From an uncultured delta proteobacterium (GTDB lineage: Bacteria; Desulfobacterota; RBG-13-43-22), in NCBI GenBank assembly GCA_963802945.1, contig CAWDKY010000029.1, positions 1 to 64,000 on the forward strand: 64,000 nucleotides of DNA, read 5' to 3'. Both the position numbers and the translations under genes were made by a program. Under the pieces are notes generated by a model that saw only the letters and a list, made by a program, of their open reading frames with translations, did not search any database and was not told the origin of the DNA. Below are positions 20,385 to 32,500 of the stretch, in pieces (within the stretch, counting starts at the first letter, position 1; each line of letters begins with the position of its first letter).

Positions 20385-23054
20385 CTATTTTTTGCCTTTG
20401 GCCGCCAGCGCCGCTTTCACCTTCTCCGGTGTTGCCGGTAGATCGCAGATTCTGACGCCACAAGCGTCTTTGATGGCATTGGTTACTGACGGGGCGGTGG
20501 AAACCATGGTCATCTCTCCGATACCTGTGGCACCCAGCGGACCATCTCGGCGGGGGGTTTCCCGGGTAAGAATTTCCATGTCGAATGACGTCCCAATGGT
20601 CGGGAACTTGAAGGTCACATAGTCCTTGGTCCGGCCGAGGACATACTCCTCTCTAAGTGCATAGCCGACACCCTGGTCCATGCCTCCTTCAATCTGACCT
20701 TCCAGATTTTGCGGATGGATCACCGCTCCCGCATCGACCATGGCCGTCATCTTGATGACCCGCACCGCCCCGGTTTCTGTATTCACTTCCACCTCGGCCA
20801 TTTGAATATTGTGGCATTCGGAAACGAAGGAAGCGCCTTGGCCGGTCTTCGGATCAAGCAGATATCCTCCCTCGATTTTCCTGGTGCCTTCAAACCGGGG
20901 GGGGTTCCCGGCCTTGATCAGCCCGGCGTAGGTCTTTGCTCCGGCTTCTTTCATGGCTTCTTTCATCTGTTCCAGGGCCTGGATCAGGGAACCTCCGGCC
21001 ATCCAGGTCATACGGCTCCCGGCCGATGGGCCCATGCCGGTTGTCCCTTGGGTATCCCTGGTATGTAAACGGATCTTTTCCAAAGGCAGGTCCATCTGAT
21101 GGGCGGCAATCTGGGTCAGCATGGAATCGTTGCCTTCCCCCGGGTCGGCTACCGCGGCATAGATGGTGATCCCGTCATCCGGGTCGATCTCTACTGCCAA
21201 TTTGGCCCTGTCTGCGGCCCCGCCGATGCCGAAGGATTCAGCGGCAATACCCACACCACGTTTGATGGGTCCGCCCTTTTGATTAAAAGCCGCCGCATCT
21301 TTTTTAGCCTTTTCATAAAAAGGCTTGATCGCCTCGCAGATCTCCGGAAAGGGCCATTCCAGGGCGACCATGCCGGTGGCCTTGGTCTGCCCCGGTTTCA
21401 AGGAGTTGATCCGGCGGAATTCCAATGGATCGATTCCCAGTTTTTCTGCCAGCATATCCATGGCCGATTCCAGGGCGAAGATGGTCTGAGGCGGCCCGGC
21501 TCCACGGGCGGCCCCTCCGAATCCGTTGTTGGTAAAGACCAGCTTACCAACGGACTGAATATTGGGGATGTGATAAGATCCCGACAGCATGTTCATGGAA
21601 CGCAAAATAGGTGTCGGTCCTAAGATGGTATAGGCCCCTTTATCGACGGTATAATCATTAAAATAAGCAGTCAAGTGTCCCTGGGCATCAGCAGCCAGTT
21701 TAACCTTCATCCGGTAAGGATGTCTTTTGGAGGTGGTCAGAATCGATTCCTCCATACTGGGGATATAACGCACAGGACGCTTGAAATACAGGGCCGCGGC
21801 AGCGGTGACGGCCTCGGTGGTAATCGCCGCTTTGATACCGAACTGCCCGCCGGAAAAGGCTTCCTGATAGCGTATCTTATCCCAGCCGATCGCTTCCTTG
21901 ATCTGGGCTGCATGGGCATGGATGTTGATGCTTCGGCCGATCACCACTAATTCTGCCTGTTCTCCTTCCCCGTCGAGATAGGCCACACAGGCCTCCGGCT
22001 CCAGGGGGGCCTGATGGTTCATTTGGGTCGAGAATTCCGCTTCAACAACGGCCGCCGATTTGGCCAGGGCCTCTTCAGCGTTTCCCTTGGTCAGCGGTTG
22101 CACAAAACAGAGATTGGGAGAATTTTTGTGAATCTGAACGGCTCCTGGGGCCAGGGCTTCTTCAGGGTTCAGCACAACAGGCAAGGGGTCATAGGTCACG
22201 TTAACTGCTGCCGCTGCTGCCCTGGCCTGGGCCCTGGTCTCGGCCGCTACGGCGATAATCGGATCACCCAGGATCCTGACCCTGTCTTCACAGAGCACAG
22301 GTTGATCCGGGGCCAGTACTCTGATGCGGTTAGTTCCTTTGATGTCCGCAGCGACCATGAAGCCCACGACTCCGGGCATCTTCTCCGCCGCCGAGGTATC
22401 AATGGCTTTTATATCGGCATGGTATTCCTTGCTGTGGACCAGGGCCAGTTCAACCGCATTTTCAAGCTTAATGTCTGCGGAAAATTTGGCCAGCCCGCAG
22501 GCTTTTAACATGGAAGTGGGACGGGGGTGGGATACGCCGATCATGTTATCGCCCAGGCTGTGGCGAACTTCTTCCGGAGATGTTTCCTTTCGAAGGAACC
22601 GGCCTGAAAGCACAACGGCATCGATGATTTTTTTGTAACCGGTGCAGCGGCATAAATGCCGAGCCAAGGCCCGTTTGATGGCCGGCAGGTCGGGATTGGG
22701 ATTTTTGTCCAGGAGGACTTTGGTGGCTATGATCATCCCCGGGGTACAGTATCCGCACTGGATCGCTCCCGACAAGACAAAGGCTTCTTGAATCAGGTGA
22801 GGGTTTTGGGGTGTACCCAGACCTTCCACTGTGATCACCTTTGCCCCTTCCAGAGCAGCTACCTTTTTAAGACAGGCATGGGCCGTTTTTCCATCTACGA
22901 TGACTACACAGGCCCCGCATTGTCCTTTGCGGTCGCAGGACTGCTTGGTGCCGGTGAGATGGAGATCTTCACGTAAGAGATCGATAAGGACTTTGTCCGG
23001 CTCGGTCATGACTTGGTGCTGGACTCCGTTGATGGTCAAATTGACTTTTTTCAT
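20385..23054 (-). CDS. Molybdopterin-dependent aldehyde oxidoreductase (Mop-type, xanthine oxidase family)
   Basis: Two [2Fe-2S] motifs (CDRKGQCGAC; QCGYCTPG...CRCTGY), GGQFG, GAARGAG and GIGE; single 889-aa chain. Confidence 0.92.
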   Translation of the reverse strand: MKKVNLTINGVQHQVMTEPDKVLIDLLREDLHLTGTKQSCDRKGQCGACVVIVDGKTAHACLKKVAALEGAKVITVEGLGTPQNPHLIQEAFVLSGAIQCGYCTPGMIIATKVLLDKNPNPDLPAIKRALARHLCRCTGYKKIIDAVVLSGRFLRKETSPEEVRHSLGDNMIGVSHPRPTSMLKACGLAKFSADIKLENAVELALVHSKEYHADIKAIDTSAAEKMPGVVGFMVAADIKGTNRIRVLAPDQPVLCEDRVRILGDPIIAVAAETRAQARAAAAAVNVTYDPLPVVLNPEEALAPGAVQIHKNSPNLCFVQPLTKGNAEEALAKSAAVVEAEFSTQMNHQAPLEPEACVAYLDGEGEQAELVVIGRSINIHAHAAQIKEAIGWDKIRYQEAFSGGQFGIKAAITTEAVTAAAALYFKRPVRYIPSMEESILTTSKRHPYRMKVKLAADAQGHLTAYFNDYTVDKGAYTILGPTPILRSMNMLSGSYHIPNIQSVGKLVFTNNGFGGAARGAGPPQTIFALESAMDMLAEKLGIDPLEFRRINSLKPGQTKATGMVALEWPFPEICEAIKPFYEKAKKDAAAFNQKGGPIKRGVGIAAESFGIGGAADRAKLAVEIDPDDGITIYAAVADPGEGNDSMLTQIAAHQMDLPLEKIRLHTRDTQGTTGMGPSAGSRMTWMAGGSLIQALEQMKEAMKEAGAKTYAGLIKAGNPPRFEGTRKIEGGYLLDPKTGQGASFVSECHNIQMAEVEVNTETGAVRVIKMTAMVDAGAVIHPQNLEGQIEGGMDQGVGYALREEYVLGRTKDYVTFKFPTIGTSFDMEILTRETPRRDGPLGATGIGEMTMVSTAPSVTNAIKDACGVRICDLPATPEKVKAALAAKGKK

Positions 23055-23116
23055 TTATATCTCCTTTTAAAAATGATTCGGATGTCTCATTTTTCCGATT
23101 TGGATCAATTTTCAGT

Positions 23117-23134
23117 TATGTCAAAAATGACATA
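23117..23134. promoter_or_regulatory. Palindromic putative operator upstream of the aldehyde oxidoreductase gene
   Basis: Perfect TATGTCA-AAAA-TGACATA, 63 bp upstream of the start codon. Confidence 0.55.
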
Positions 23135-23233
23135 TCAAAGGCCGCAACAAAAGTCAAACGCAGATTTTTATTCAAAGGGGGAGAAAGTTTCGGGGGATAG
23201 AAAAAAGACGCAAAAGGTGACGCCGTTAGGCGG

Positions 23234-23294
23234 CGCCAACGCTCCGGTTGTGGGGCCGCGATCCCAGCGGTCCCTCACGAACCGGTGGTTAACC
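23234..23294 (-). mobile_element. Integron attC site
   Basis: Minus strand GGTTAAC-CACCGGTTCGTGAGGGACCGC...GCGGCCCCACAACCGGAGC-GTTGGCG. R''/R' boxes, imperfect palindrome, 61 bp, immediately after the HIT gene stop. Confidence 0.8.
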
Positions 23295-23299
23295 ATTCT

Positions 23300-23776
23300 T
23301 TAGTACAGTTCCGCCAGCTCAGCCAATTTTTTGTATTTTGGCTCGGTGAGAATTTCAGCAATTCGTTTTCTCAGACTATCGACCTGTTCATCAGAAAGTG
23401 GTTTTAAATGCCCTTGATATATTTTATGGTCTTTGGGAAACAAGAAAATGTGTTGGCCCCTAATCTGATGTGTTTGCTCTTTTGCCCTACCCATAAAATG
23501 AAGGTGCATCTTTGCGCCACCTGGATCATCAATCCCCCAATTACCTAAATCCTCATAATTCATTCTCTCAACACCGAGCACTTCGTACATTGATTTGCCC
23601 ACAGCCATGCTAATTCTCATGAAGTCTATTGCTTCTTGATAGGTCATGTCCGATCTGTCAGAAACCTTTCCCTTCTTGATCAGAATAAGATGACCACCAT
23701 CATCCCGGCAGTTTAGAGGAAATTCAGGATTGATGGCCATAAAATACTTATCCTCATAAACACAATTTTTTTCCAT
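23300..23776 (-). CDS. HIT-like family protein (integron gene cassette)
   Basis: DGGHLIL, RMNYEDLGN and MHLHFMGR (HxH triad). Low GC, flanked by a GTT core site and attC. Confidence 0.75.
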   Translation of the reverse strand: MEKNCVYEDKYFMAINPEFPLNCRDDGGHLILIKKGKVSDRSDMTYQEAIDFMRISMAVGKSMYEVLGVERMNYEDLGNWGIDDPGGAKMHLHFMGRAKEQTHQIRGQHIFLFPKDHKIYQGHLKPLSDEQVDSLRKRIAEILTEPKYKKLAELAELY

Positions 23777-23793
23777 AATTAGATCCTATCTTC

Positions 23794-23830
23794 ATTGGAT
23801 AACAATATATTGAATAGTTTCTTTTCAAAT
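23794..23830 (-). mobile_element. Putative attI site
   Basis: Minus strand AATATATT-GTTATCCAAT between intI' and the first cassette. GTTATCCAAT is near-complementary to the cassette's attC R'' region AATGGTTAAC. Confidence 0.55.
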
Positions 23831-23951
23831 ATCAACAAGTTCTATGATTGTCAATATTTAAATTAAATGTTATTGATAAATCTATTTGATATTATTAATT
23901 TATTTGAGTTGTTCAATAGAGGATTTAACTTCTTAGAGGATTACTTGTTTA

Positions 23952-24146
23952 ATGCCGGGGCTGCACGTCCCGGTTTCTATTCTGTCGAGGTTTGACGCCA
24001 TTCTCGAAAAACGAGCCGTTGCGCCGAGACTGCGTGCGGACTATAAAAAATGGCTTAGGTATTTTCTGGATTTTTGCTCCAAATATCCTGTCCCCACTCT
24101 GTTTCTCCTCATCTATCTCCCTCCAATGAGAAAGGGTTGTTTTTAG
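23952..24146 (+). pseudogene. Truncated integron integrase N-terminus
   Basis: RFDAILEKRAV...DYKKWLRYFLDFCSKY resembles the SAM-like N-terminal extension of deltaproteobacterial IntI. Divergent from the cassette; catalytic domain absent. Confidence 0.6.
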
Positions 24147-24312
24147 TGACGGCCTAACCAGCAGAAAAAGACACCACCAGAGAAAATTGAATTTGCCGAT
24201 TTTTATTTTACCACTATTGAGGTGTCGGAAGTAAGGTATTCAGTTCCATAATGCGGGGCTTACCGGTGCAAAAAAAGAATTGCAAGCCTTCCCCTCTGAC
24301 GTTATTGTTTCT

Positions 24313-24442
24313 TAACAGGTTGCTGAAAAAGGCCCATCTACTGCGTTGCCCTCATCCCTCGTCATTACGACGTACTTCTATGTACGACTCATTCCTCGGG
24401 ATTTCGGGCGCCTTGTATCTGAACCTTTTTGAGCAACCTGTA
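24313..24442. mobile_element. MITE-like element, copy 2
   Basis: TIRs CAGGTTGCTGAAAAAGG / CCTTTTTGAGCAACCTG with TA-rich flanks; no ORF. Confidence 0.72.
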
Positions 24443-24496
24443 AAAATGAGTTTTTTCTGCATCCTGTTAATTCCGCCCATTTGGTAAAGGAGAAAT

Positions 24497-24673
24497 ATGA
24501 TGAGCAACAAGAATCCCTATGAGCGATTTCGTGGTGACGACCTTATCCTAAGAGATGAGTTGGCGATCGACCGAACGATCCTGGCCAATGAACGCACCAT
24601 ACTGGCCTATCTCCGTGGGGCCATCACCCTGATACTGGTGGGCATCACTTTTGTGCATTTCTTCGAGACAGGG
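24497..24673 (+). pseudogene. 5' fragment of a DUF202 (YidH-like) membrane protein gene
   Basis: Near-identical to 36242-36414 up to FFETG, then interrupted by a transposase relic. Confidence 0.8.
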
Positions 24674-24686
24674 TCTTCTTTGTTCT

Positions 24687-24851
24687 TTGGGGTCGGACCT
24701 AATTTGGTTGGGAATAAAATATCGATTGGCTCGCGGCATCGCTGTTCTTCTTAAACCACTCTTTTTGGGGGTAAAAAGATCGGTTTAACCCCTTTTAATC
24801 CCTTTAAAACCCATTTAACTGGGTTTAAGTCCCGGCTAGATCCCCGACTAA
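24687..24851 (-). mobile_element. Internally deleted relic of a Y1 (RAYT/IS200-like) transposase element
   Basis: Minus strand reads upstream region, then ATG CCG CGA GCC AAT CGA TAT TTT ATT CCC (MPRANRYFIP) fused directly to TTAGGTCCGACCCC. Related to 25568-25635, 59803-59932 and 60799-60927. Confidence 0.6.
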
Positions 24852-24914
24852 TTCTCTATCTTTGTTTGAAACGCAAATCAACGGAGCAATCGGTAATCAA
24901 CAAAATCAAGAAAT

Positions 24915-24952
24915 AAAAAAGGCAGAGCCAATCATCAGCCCTGCCCTTTTTT
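24915..24952 (-). terminator. Bidirectional intrinsic terminator
   Basis: AAAAAA-GGCAG...CTGCC-C-TTTTTT. Confidence 0.65.
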
Positions 24953-24972
24953 GTTTGAAGCTACGTTTTTGA

Positions 24973-25392
24973 TTATTTCATCATTGCTTCTTTAATGGAC
25001 ATGACCTTGATCATACCTTTCTCTTTCATGCCTTTTACTTCGACGGAGAGGTTATCTTTCTTCTTGGTTGCCTTGAGAAGTTTTGCAGCCAGGTCATTAC
25101 CCTTTTTGTCGAATTTGTAGAAGACATAATTCTTTGTCATGCCTGTCCCCTCATTGATCATAAGACCGTAGCCGGAAGCTACACATCCAGGCACCAGCAT
25201 ACAGGCAACGGTATGCTTTTCCGGCTGCGTCTTCATGTCAGCACCATCGGCAGATTTGCCGCTGGCCATGGTGGCACAGGCCACATCAGAGAGATAACCC
25301 TTATACATCTCCGCCTTCCCTTTACCGAAGGCCAGGGTGCCGACTGCCACAATCGCTACCAACACTACCAATACCAGTAATACTTTTTTCAT
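24973..25392 (-). CDS. Exported hypothetical protein with Cys/His/Met motifs
   Basis: Signal peptide; DVAC and HTVACMLVPGCVASGYG; RBS GAGGAGG. Confidence 0.7.
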   Translation of the reverse strand: MKKVLLVLVVLVAIVAVGTLAFGKGKAEMYKGYLSDVACATMASGKSADGADMKTQPEKHTVACMLVPGCVASGYGLMINEGTGMTKNYVFYKFDKKGNDLAAKLLKATKKKDNLSVEVKGMKEKGMIKVMSIKEAMMK

Positions 25393-25567
25393 AGCTTCCT
25401 CCTCATCACTTAAATGTTATTTTATTTGAACAAACTCACCCCCTTATAGTAAGGCTAATCCTCTTGAGGCGTTGTGTCAAGGGGCAAAAACTTTTGATTT
25501 CATCTTGAATTCAATGCTGCGGCTAACATCGTCATGAAAGCTTGGCAAAAAAGCCTTATTCCGCCAT

Positions 25568-25635
25568 GTTTAACCCTTTTTAACTCCTTTAAAACCCATT
25601 TAACTGGGTTTAAGTCCCGACCAGTTTCCCGACTA
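25568..25635. repeat. Direct repeat of 24784-24851
   Basis: Shared TTTAACCC...CCTTTAAAACCCATTTAACTGGGTTTAAGTCCCG...CCCGACTAA. Confidence 0.8.
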
Positions 25636-25657
25636 AAATTATTAGCTGTTACCTATG

Positions 25658-25715
25658 AAGTAACGTTCCGGTTCAGCGGCGGCGGTACGCCGTCCGCTGG
25701 AACCGGTAGGTAGCT
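25658..25715 (-). mobile_element. attC-like site with degenerate R''
   Basis: Minus strand AGCTACC-TACCGGTTCCAGCGGACGGCG-TAC-CGCCGCCGCTGAACCGGAAC-GTTACTT. Typical CAGCGGAC/CCGCTGA L boxes; R'' reads ACC instead of AAC. Confidence 0.7.
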
Positions 25716-25768
25716 GACCGTTTTTTTCGCCGCCCTGTCAGAAGCCCTCGACGACGTTTAGGCTACGA

Positions 25769-27991
<2,223 letters not shown>

Positions 27992-28029
27992 CTACTATGA
28001 ATAACAATAGTGTTTCGTTGCCCATCTAT

Positions 28030-28244
28030 CAAACATAGGTTACGGTAAAGGGGCCGTAGGCCCATTACCCTTTGGCATGCATCCGCCGTTCGGGAATCAC
28101 CTCATGGTCAAAGTGGGCCAGTTTCTCCAGGAACCAGACATCCTGCAGGAGCTGCGGCCCTCGCGGCCCAGCGGTCAAGACATTCTGGTTGTCGACGACC
28201 GGTGCACCGGCCCTGGTGGTCGGTTTATTCTTCTTGTCTTTCAT
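28030..28244 (-). pseudogene. katA: Monofunctional heme catalase N-terminal remnant
   Basis: Translates [77 protein letters not shown]; premature stop at 28065-28067, then truncation. Confidence 0.9.
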
Positions 28245-28526
28245 AGTCGTGCTCCTTTCGGGTCTGGGGTAAATTCTTCCTAGCCGGCCAGGGGCAACAA
28301 TACGGCCAGCCGCTGGGGGGTGAAGTGTATAATTATTTCCTTCAGTTTGGAGAGGATCTTCTCCGGACGATCACCCCGGCACGGAAGGTTTTTTTGATTT
28401 TACCATAAATACTTTTTTGAAGTAAATAAATTTGGGGTAATGATTCTTTTTAAACCTATTTTGTCCAACTCATAATCAATGGAAAAATTGGGTGGCATTC
28501 CGGATAATCCTTACTTACTTACGGTA

Positions 28527-28676
28527 GGGGGTCAGGTCTTTTATCTTGGTGCTATTCTTTGGTCTGATAACATCACTTATTGAGGATGCCTGCCCGCATA
28601 GGTGTCGACACGATTCCAATATACCAATACCCATATTTCGTTAGCCCAAAATACAAAGATAAAAGACCTGATCCTC
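28527..28676. repeat. Short element bounded by inverted repeats
   Basis: GGGGGTCAGGTCTTTTATCTT ... AAGATAAAAGACCTGATCCTC. Confidence 0.6.
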
Positions 28677-28722
28677 TTCCCCACTCTTCCCCACGATGGC
28701 ATTGTTGGGATGCTTGCATTGG

Positions 28723-29409
28723 TCACTGACGTGCACTGTTTCCATATATGTTTAAAACAAAATCCATTAATTCAATATACCAAGTGTATTTCGGTTTATC
28801 TTTCTCGGGACACCTGGTACGTAGTTCGATTAGCTGAGAATGTATTCCATCTCTATAGCGCGATTCCATATCGGGATTGAAAGGATTAATTATATTTTGC
28901 CCCTTGTATTCAACTACAATTCGTGCAGGATCATTTAATACGACAGCCGGAACCGGATTTATTTCATTGTGAAGTGTAATGCATGGCATTTTTTGTTTCT
29001 GATTTTGCTTCTCTTGTTTTACAGCTTTCACTAATGCTTGGCTGACTACATATATATTTTCATTTTGCCTAGATTCAAGATGCTTCCCAACCGCTATCCC
29101 ACCTCGTACTAGATAGTTTCGGGTCAGAGCTATAAATTGAATCATTGACGCTACATATGCAACGTCAATCAATTTTATCGACTGCAGAATAATTGAATCC
29201 GAGTAGATCACCAGATTTACAAGGTACCTTAACTCGTGATAATGGCCAATTAAATCTTCATAGACTTCTATAGCGGTTTCTAAATTGTTATTTACTTGCT
29301 TACCAAAACCCAGAATGTCGATATAGGCTACATAACGTTCTTCGGGTGTTTTACCTTCAAAGGGAGATATATGTATAAAGGGGGACATATATATATTGTT
29401 TTCCGCCAT
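28723..29409 (-). CDS. Stand-alone class III nucleotidyl-cyclase-like hypothetical protein
   Basis: VAYIDILGF, YSDSI, RGGIAVG and ALVKA..EK pattern; AT-rich. Confidence 0.6.
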   Translation of the reverse strand: MAENNIYMSPFIHISPFEGKTPEERYVAYIDILGFGKQVNNNLETAIEVYEDLIGHYHELRYLVNLVIYSDSIILQSIKLIDVAYVASMIQFIALTRNYLVRGGIAVGKHLESRQNENIYVVSQALVKAVKQEKQNQKQKMPCITLHNEINPVPAVVLNDPARIVVEYKGQNIINPFNPDMESRYRDGIHSQLIELRTRCPEKDKPKYTWYIELMDFVLNIYGNSARQ

Positions 29410-29595
29410 ATTCTGTTTAAGATTACTTGCGGATTGCCAACCCTCTCAGATACTTTGTAACCTATTATAAACTATAAATATTATCTTAACAAATGATTTT
29501 CTCGCCTAAGCCACTCTTTCCTTAAATAATTTGACCGAAGACCCTGATTCTGATAAAATTCTTTAGATTTGAATGCATTCATAGAATAAATAATC

Positions 29596-32500
29596 ATGTC
29601 CGAAAACCTGATAGAGCGTTACTTGACCGACATGGGGGAAGTCCGAGGCACAAGGTCGAATGTGCCGGAGACTTCGTTCTATCCCGCATTGGAACGGCTG
29701 CTCACAGGCATCGGAAAGACCCTTTCCCCAAAGGTCCGTTGTGTCATCAACCTATCCAATCGGGGCGCTGGACTACCAGATGGAGGTTTATTTTCTGCCG
29801 ATCAGTTTCGCCGCAAGGCACGCGATACGGACGTCATGGATAATCCCTTCCTGGTTCAGAACCCGTCCCGCGGTGTTATCGAGGCCAAGCCGCCGTCTGA
29901 AGATGTCCGCAGTGTGGCTGAGACCAAGCAGGTGGAGCGATACTGGAAGCGATACGGCATGGTGCTCGTCACCAACTTTCGGGCCTTCGCCCTCATCGGC
30001 AAAGGGTCGAAAGGTCAGCCGAGTGTTCTGGAACCCTTCGTTCTGGCCGAGTCAGAGAGCGAATTCTGGCGTCTGACCGCCCATCCTCGCCAGGCGGCAA
30101 TCTTACTGGGCGAACGCATGCAGGAGTATATAAAGCGTGTGCTGCTTCATAATGCGCCGTTGTCTGCTCCGCAAGACGTGGCCGGCATTCTCGCCTCCTA
30201 CGCCCATGACGCGCGCCTTCGCATCGAGCAGGCTGATCTTCCGGCTCTGGCCAGCCTTCGACAGGCACTCGAAGACGCCCTCGGCCTTCATTTCGAGGGT
30301 GATAAAGGCGAGCATTTCTTTCGTTCTACCCTCATTCAAACCCTCTTCTACGGCGTCTTCTCAGCCTGGGTTTTATGGGCGCGTCGGCATGACGCCAAAC
30401 CCAATGAAACAACCGGATTTGCTGACGCCTTACGCGAGGCTGCGGTCCCATATACCGTCGCTGGCGACTTTGACTGGCGCTCTGCCCACTTTCTCTTGCG
30501 AGTTCCCATGCTCCGCGCCCTTTTCGTGCAGGTCGCTGATCCCGCCCGTCTCGGTGCATTGGGCCTGATCGAAGTTCTCGACTGGAGCGCCGCCGCTCTT
30601 AATCGCGTGGATCATGCCGAGTTCTTCAAGTCTTTCGAAGAAGGACACGCCGTCCAGTATTTCTACGAACCCTTCCTACACGCCTTCGATCCCGAATTGC
30701 GCAAGGAACTGGGCGTTTGGTACACTCCCGAAGAGATCGTCCGTTACCAGGTTGAGCGGGTGAATGCTGTCCTTCGTTCCGAACTCGGTCTTGCCGACGG
30801 ACTCGCGGACCCTAAAGTGATTGTTCTCGATCCCTGCTGCGGAACCGGTGCCTACCTGCGGGCCGTACTCCGCCGCATCGCCGTCACTCTACATGACAAG
30901 GGTGGTGACGCTCTGGTCGCGAATGATCTCAAGAAGGCCGCTATGGAGCGGGTCTTCGGCTTCGAGATTCTGCCTGCGCCATTCGTCATTGCGCATCTCC
31001 AACTTGGTCTGGAACTCGAAAAACTCGGCGCGCCGTTGAGTGATCGCTACGATCCGCCCGAACGCGCTGGTGTCTATCTGACCAACGCTCTCACCGGTTG
31101 GGAACCGCCTATAGGGAAACCGATACAGATTGCCTTCCCCGGCTTCGCTGACGAACGCGACGCCGCCGCGAAGGTGAAGCAGGAAAAACCCATACTCGTT
31201 ATCCTCGGTAACCCGCCATACAACGCCTTTTCCGGCGTCAGTCCGGAAGAGGAGGATGGATTGGTCGAACCTTATAAACAAGGTTTGGGCGAATGGGGTA
31301 TTACGAAGAACTACCTTGATGACCTCTATGTTCGGTTCTTCCGTCTCGCCGAAAAACGCGTTGCCGAATATGGCGGCCGGGGCGTGGTGTCGTTCATCTC
31401 GAATTTTTCGTACTTGAGCGATTCCTCATTTGTGGTCATGCGCAAACGGTTCTTTGACGAGTTTGACGCCATCTGGTTGGACTGCATGAATGGCGACAGT
31501 CGAGAAACCGGCAAACTAACGCCCGCAGGCGAACCCGATCCATCGGTGTTTTCAACGGAAAGGAACCGCGAAGGCATTCGCGTGGGCACGGCCATTGGTT
31601 TGTTCGTGAAGCGAAGTCGTTTTCGGGATAACGATCCCGCCATTCGGTTTCGTCATTTCTGGGGCACCATGAAACGCGCCGACCTTCTCGCCAGCATTGA
31701 CACTCAGAAATTCGACGCGCAATACGAAATGTCTAACCCTCGGAAGGAAAACCGTTGGAGTCTCCGACCGGAGAACATCACGCCTGAGTACAGGACCTGG
31801 CCCCGCGTTGTGCAGTTATGCTCCGTGAAACCGATGTTGGGGTTGAATGAGAATCGTGGTGGCGCGCTTCAAGACACAGGCAAGGACGGACTTTCGGGTC
31901 GCATACGCCGGTATCTCGACCCAGCGGTTGATTGGGATGCCTTCTCGTCCCTGAAGTGCGGGCTGGAGAAAAGGGCCGCCGGTTTCGATCCAACGGCGGT
32001 TCGGAAGAAGGTGCAAACGACTGAGCTTTTCTCTGAAGATCGAATTCAGCGTTACATGCGCCGCCCATTTGACACCGGCTGGGCCTACATTTCCGACGTG
32101 AGTCCTTTGTGGAATCGATCACGGCCTGAACTACGTAACCACCTCATGCAAAGTCCTTTCTGTCTGCTCACCCGTCCCGCTGGTGCTGCCAGTCCTGAGG
32201 GTGTTCCTTTCTTCGCAACGAGCCTTCTTGGGGAGCAAGACTCTATGAGAGGGCATGCCTACTACTTTCCTGCTCGCCTGAAGGTAGAGCCGGGTCGCTG
32301 GGCCAGCCGCATCGAAGTCCTGCCGGGCCTGGAAACCGGATTGGAAAAGATCACAGCCAACCTCTCTCCCGCTGCCCGCGCCTATCTGGCGTCGCTCGAC
32401 CTACCCGATCCGGATAGCGACCAGGCAACCGCTGAACTGATCTGGTATCACGCCTTGGCCGTTGGCTATTCGCCCGCTTATCTCTCCGAGAACGCCGACG

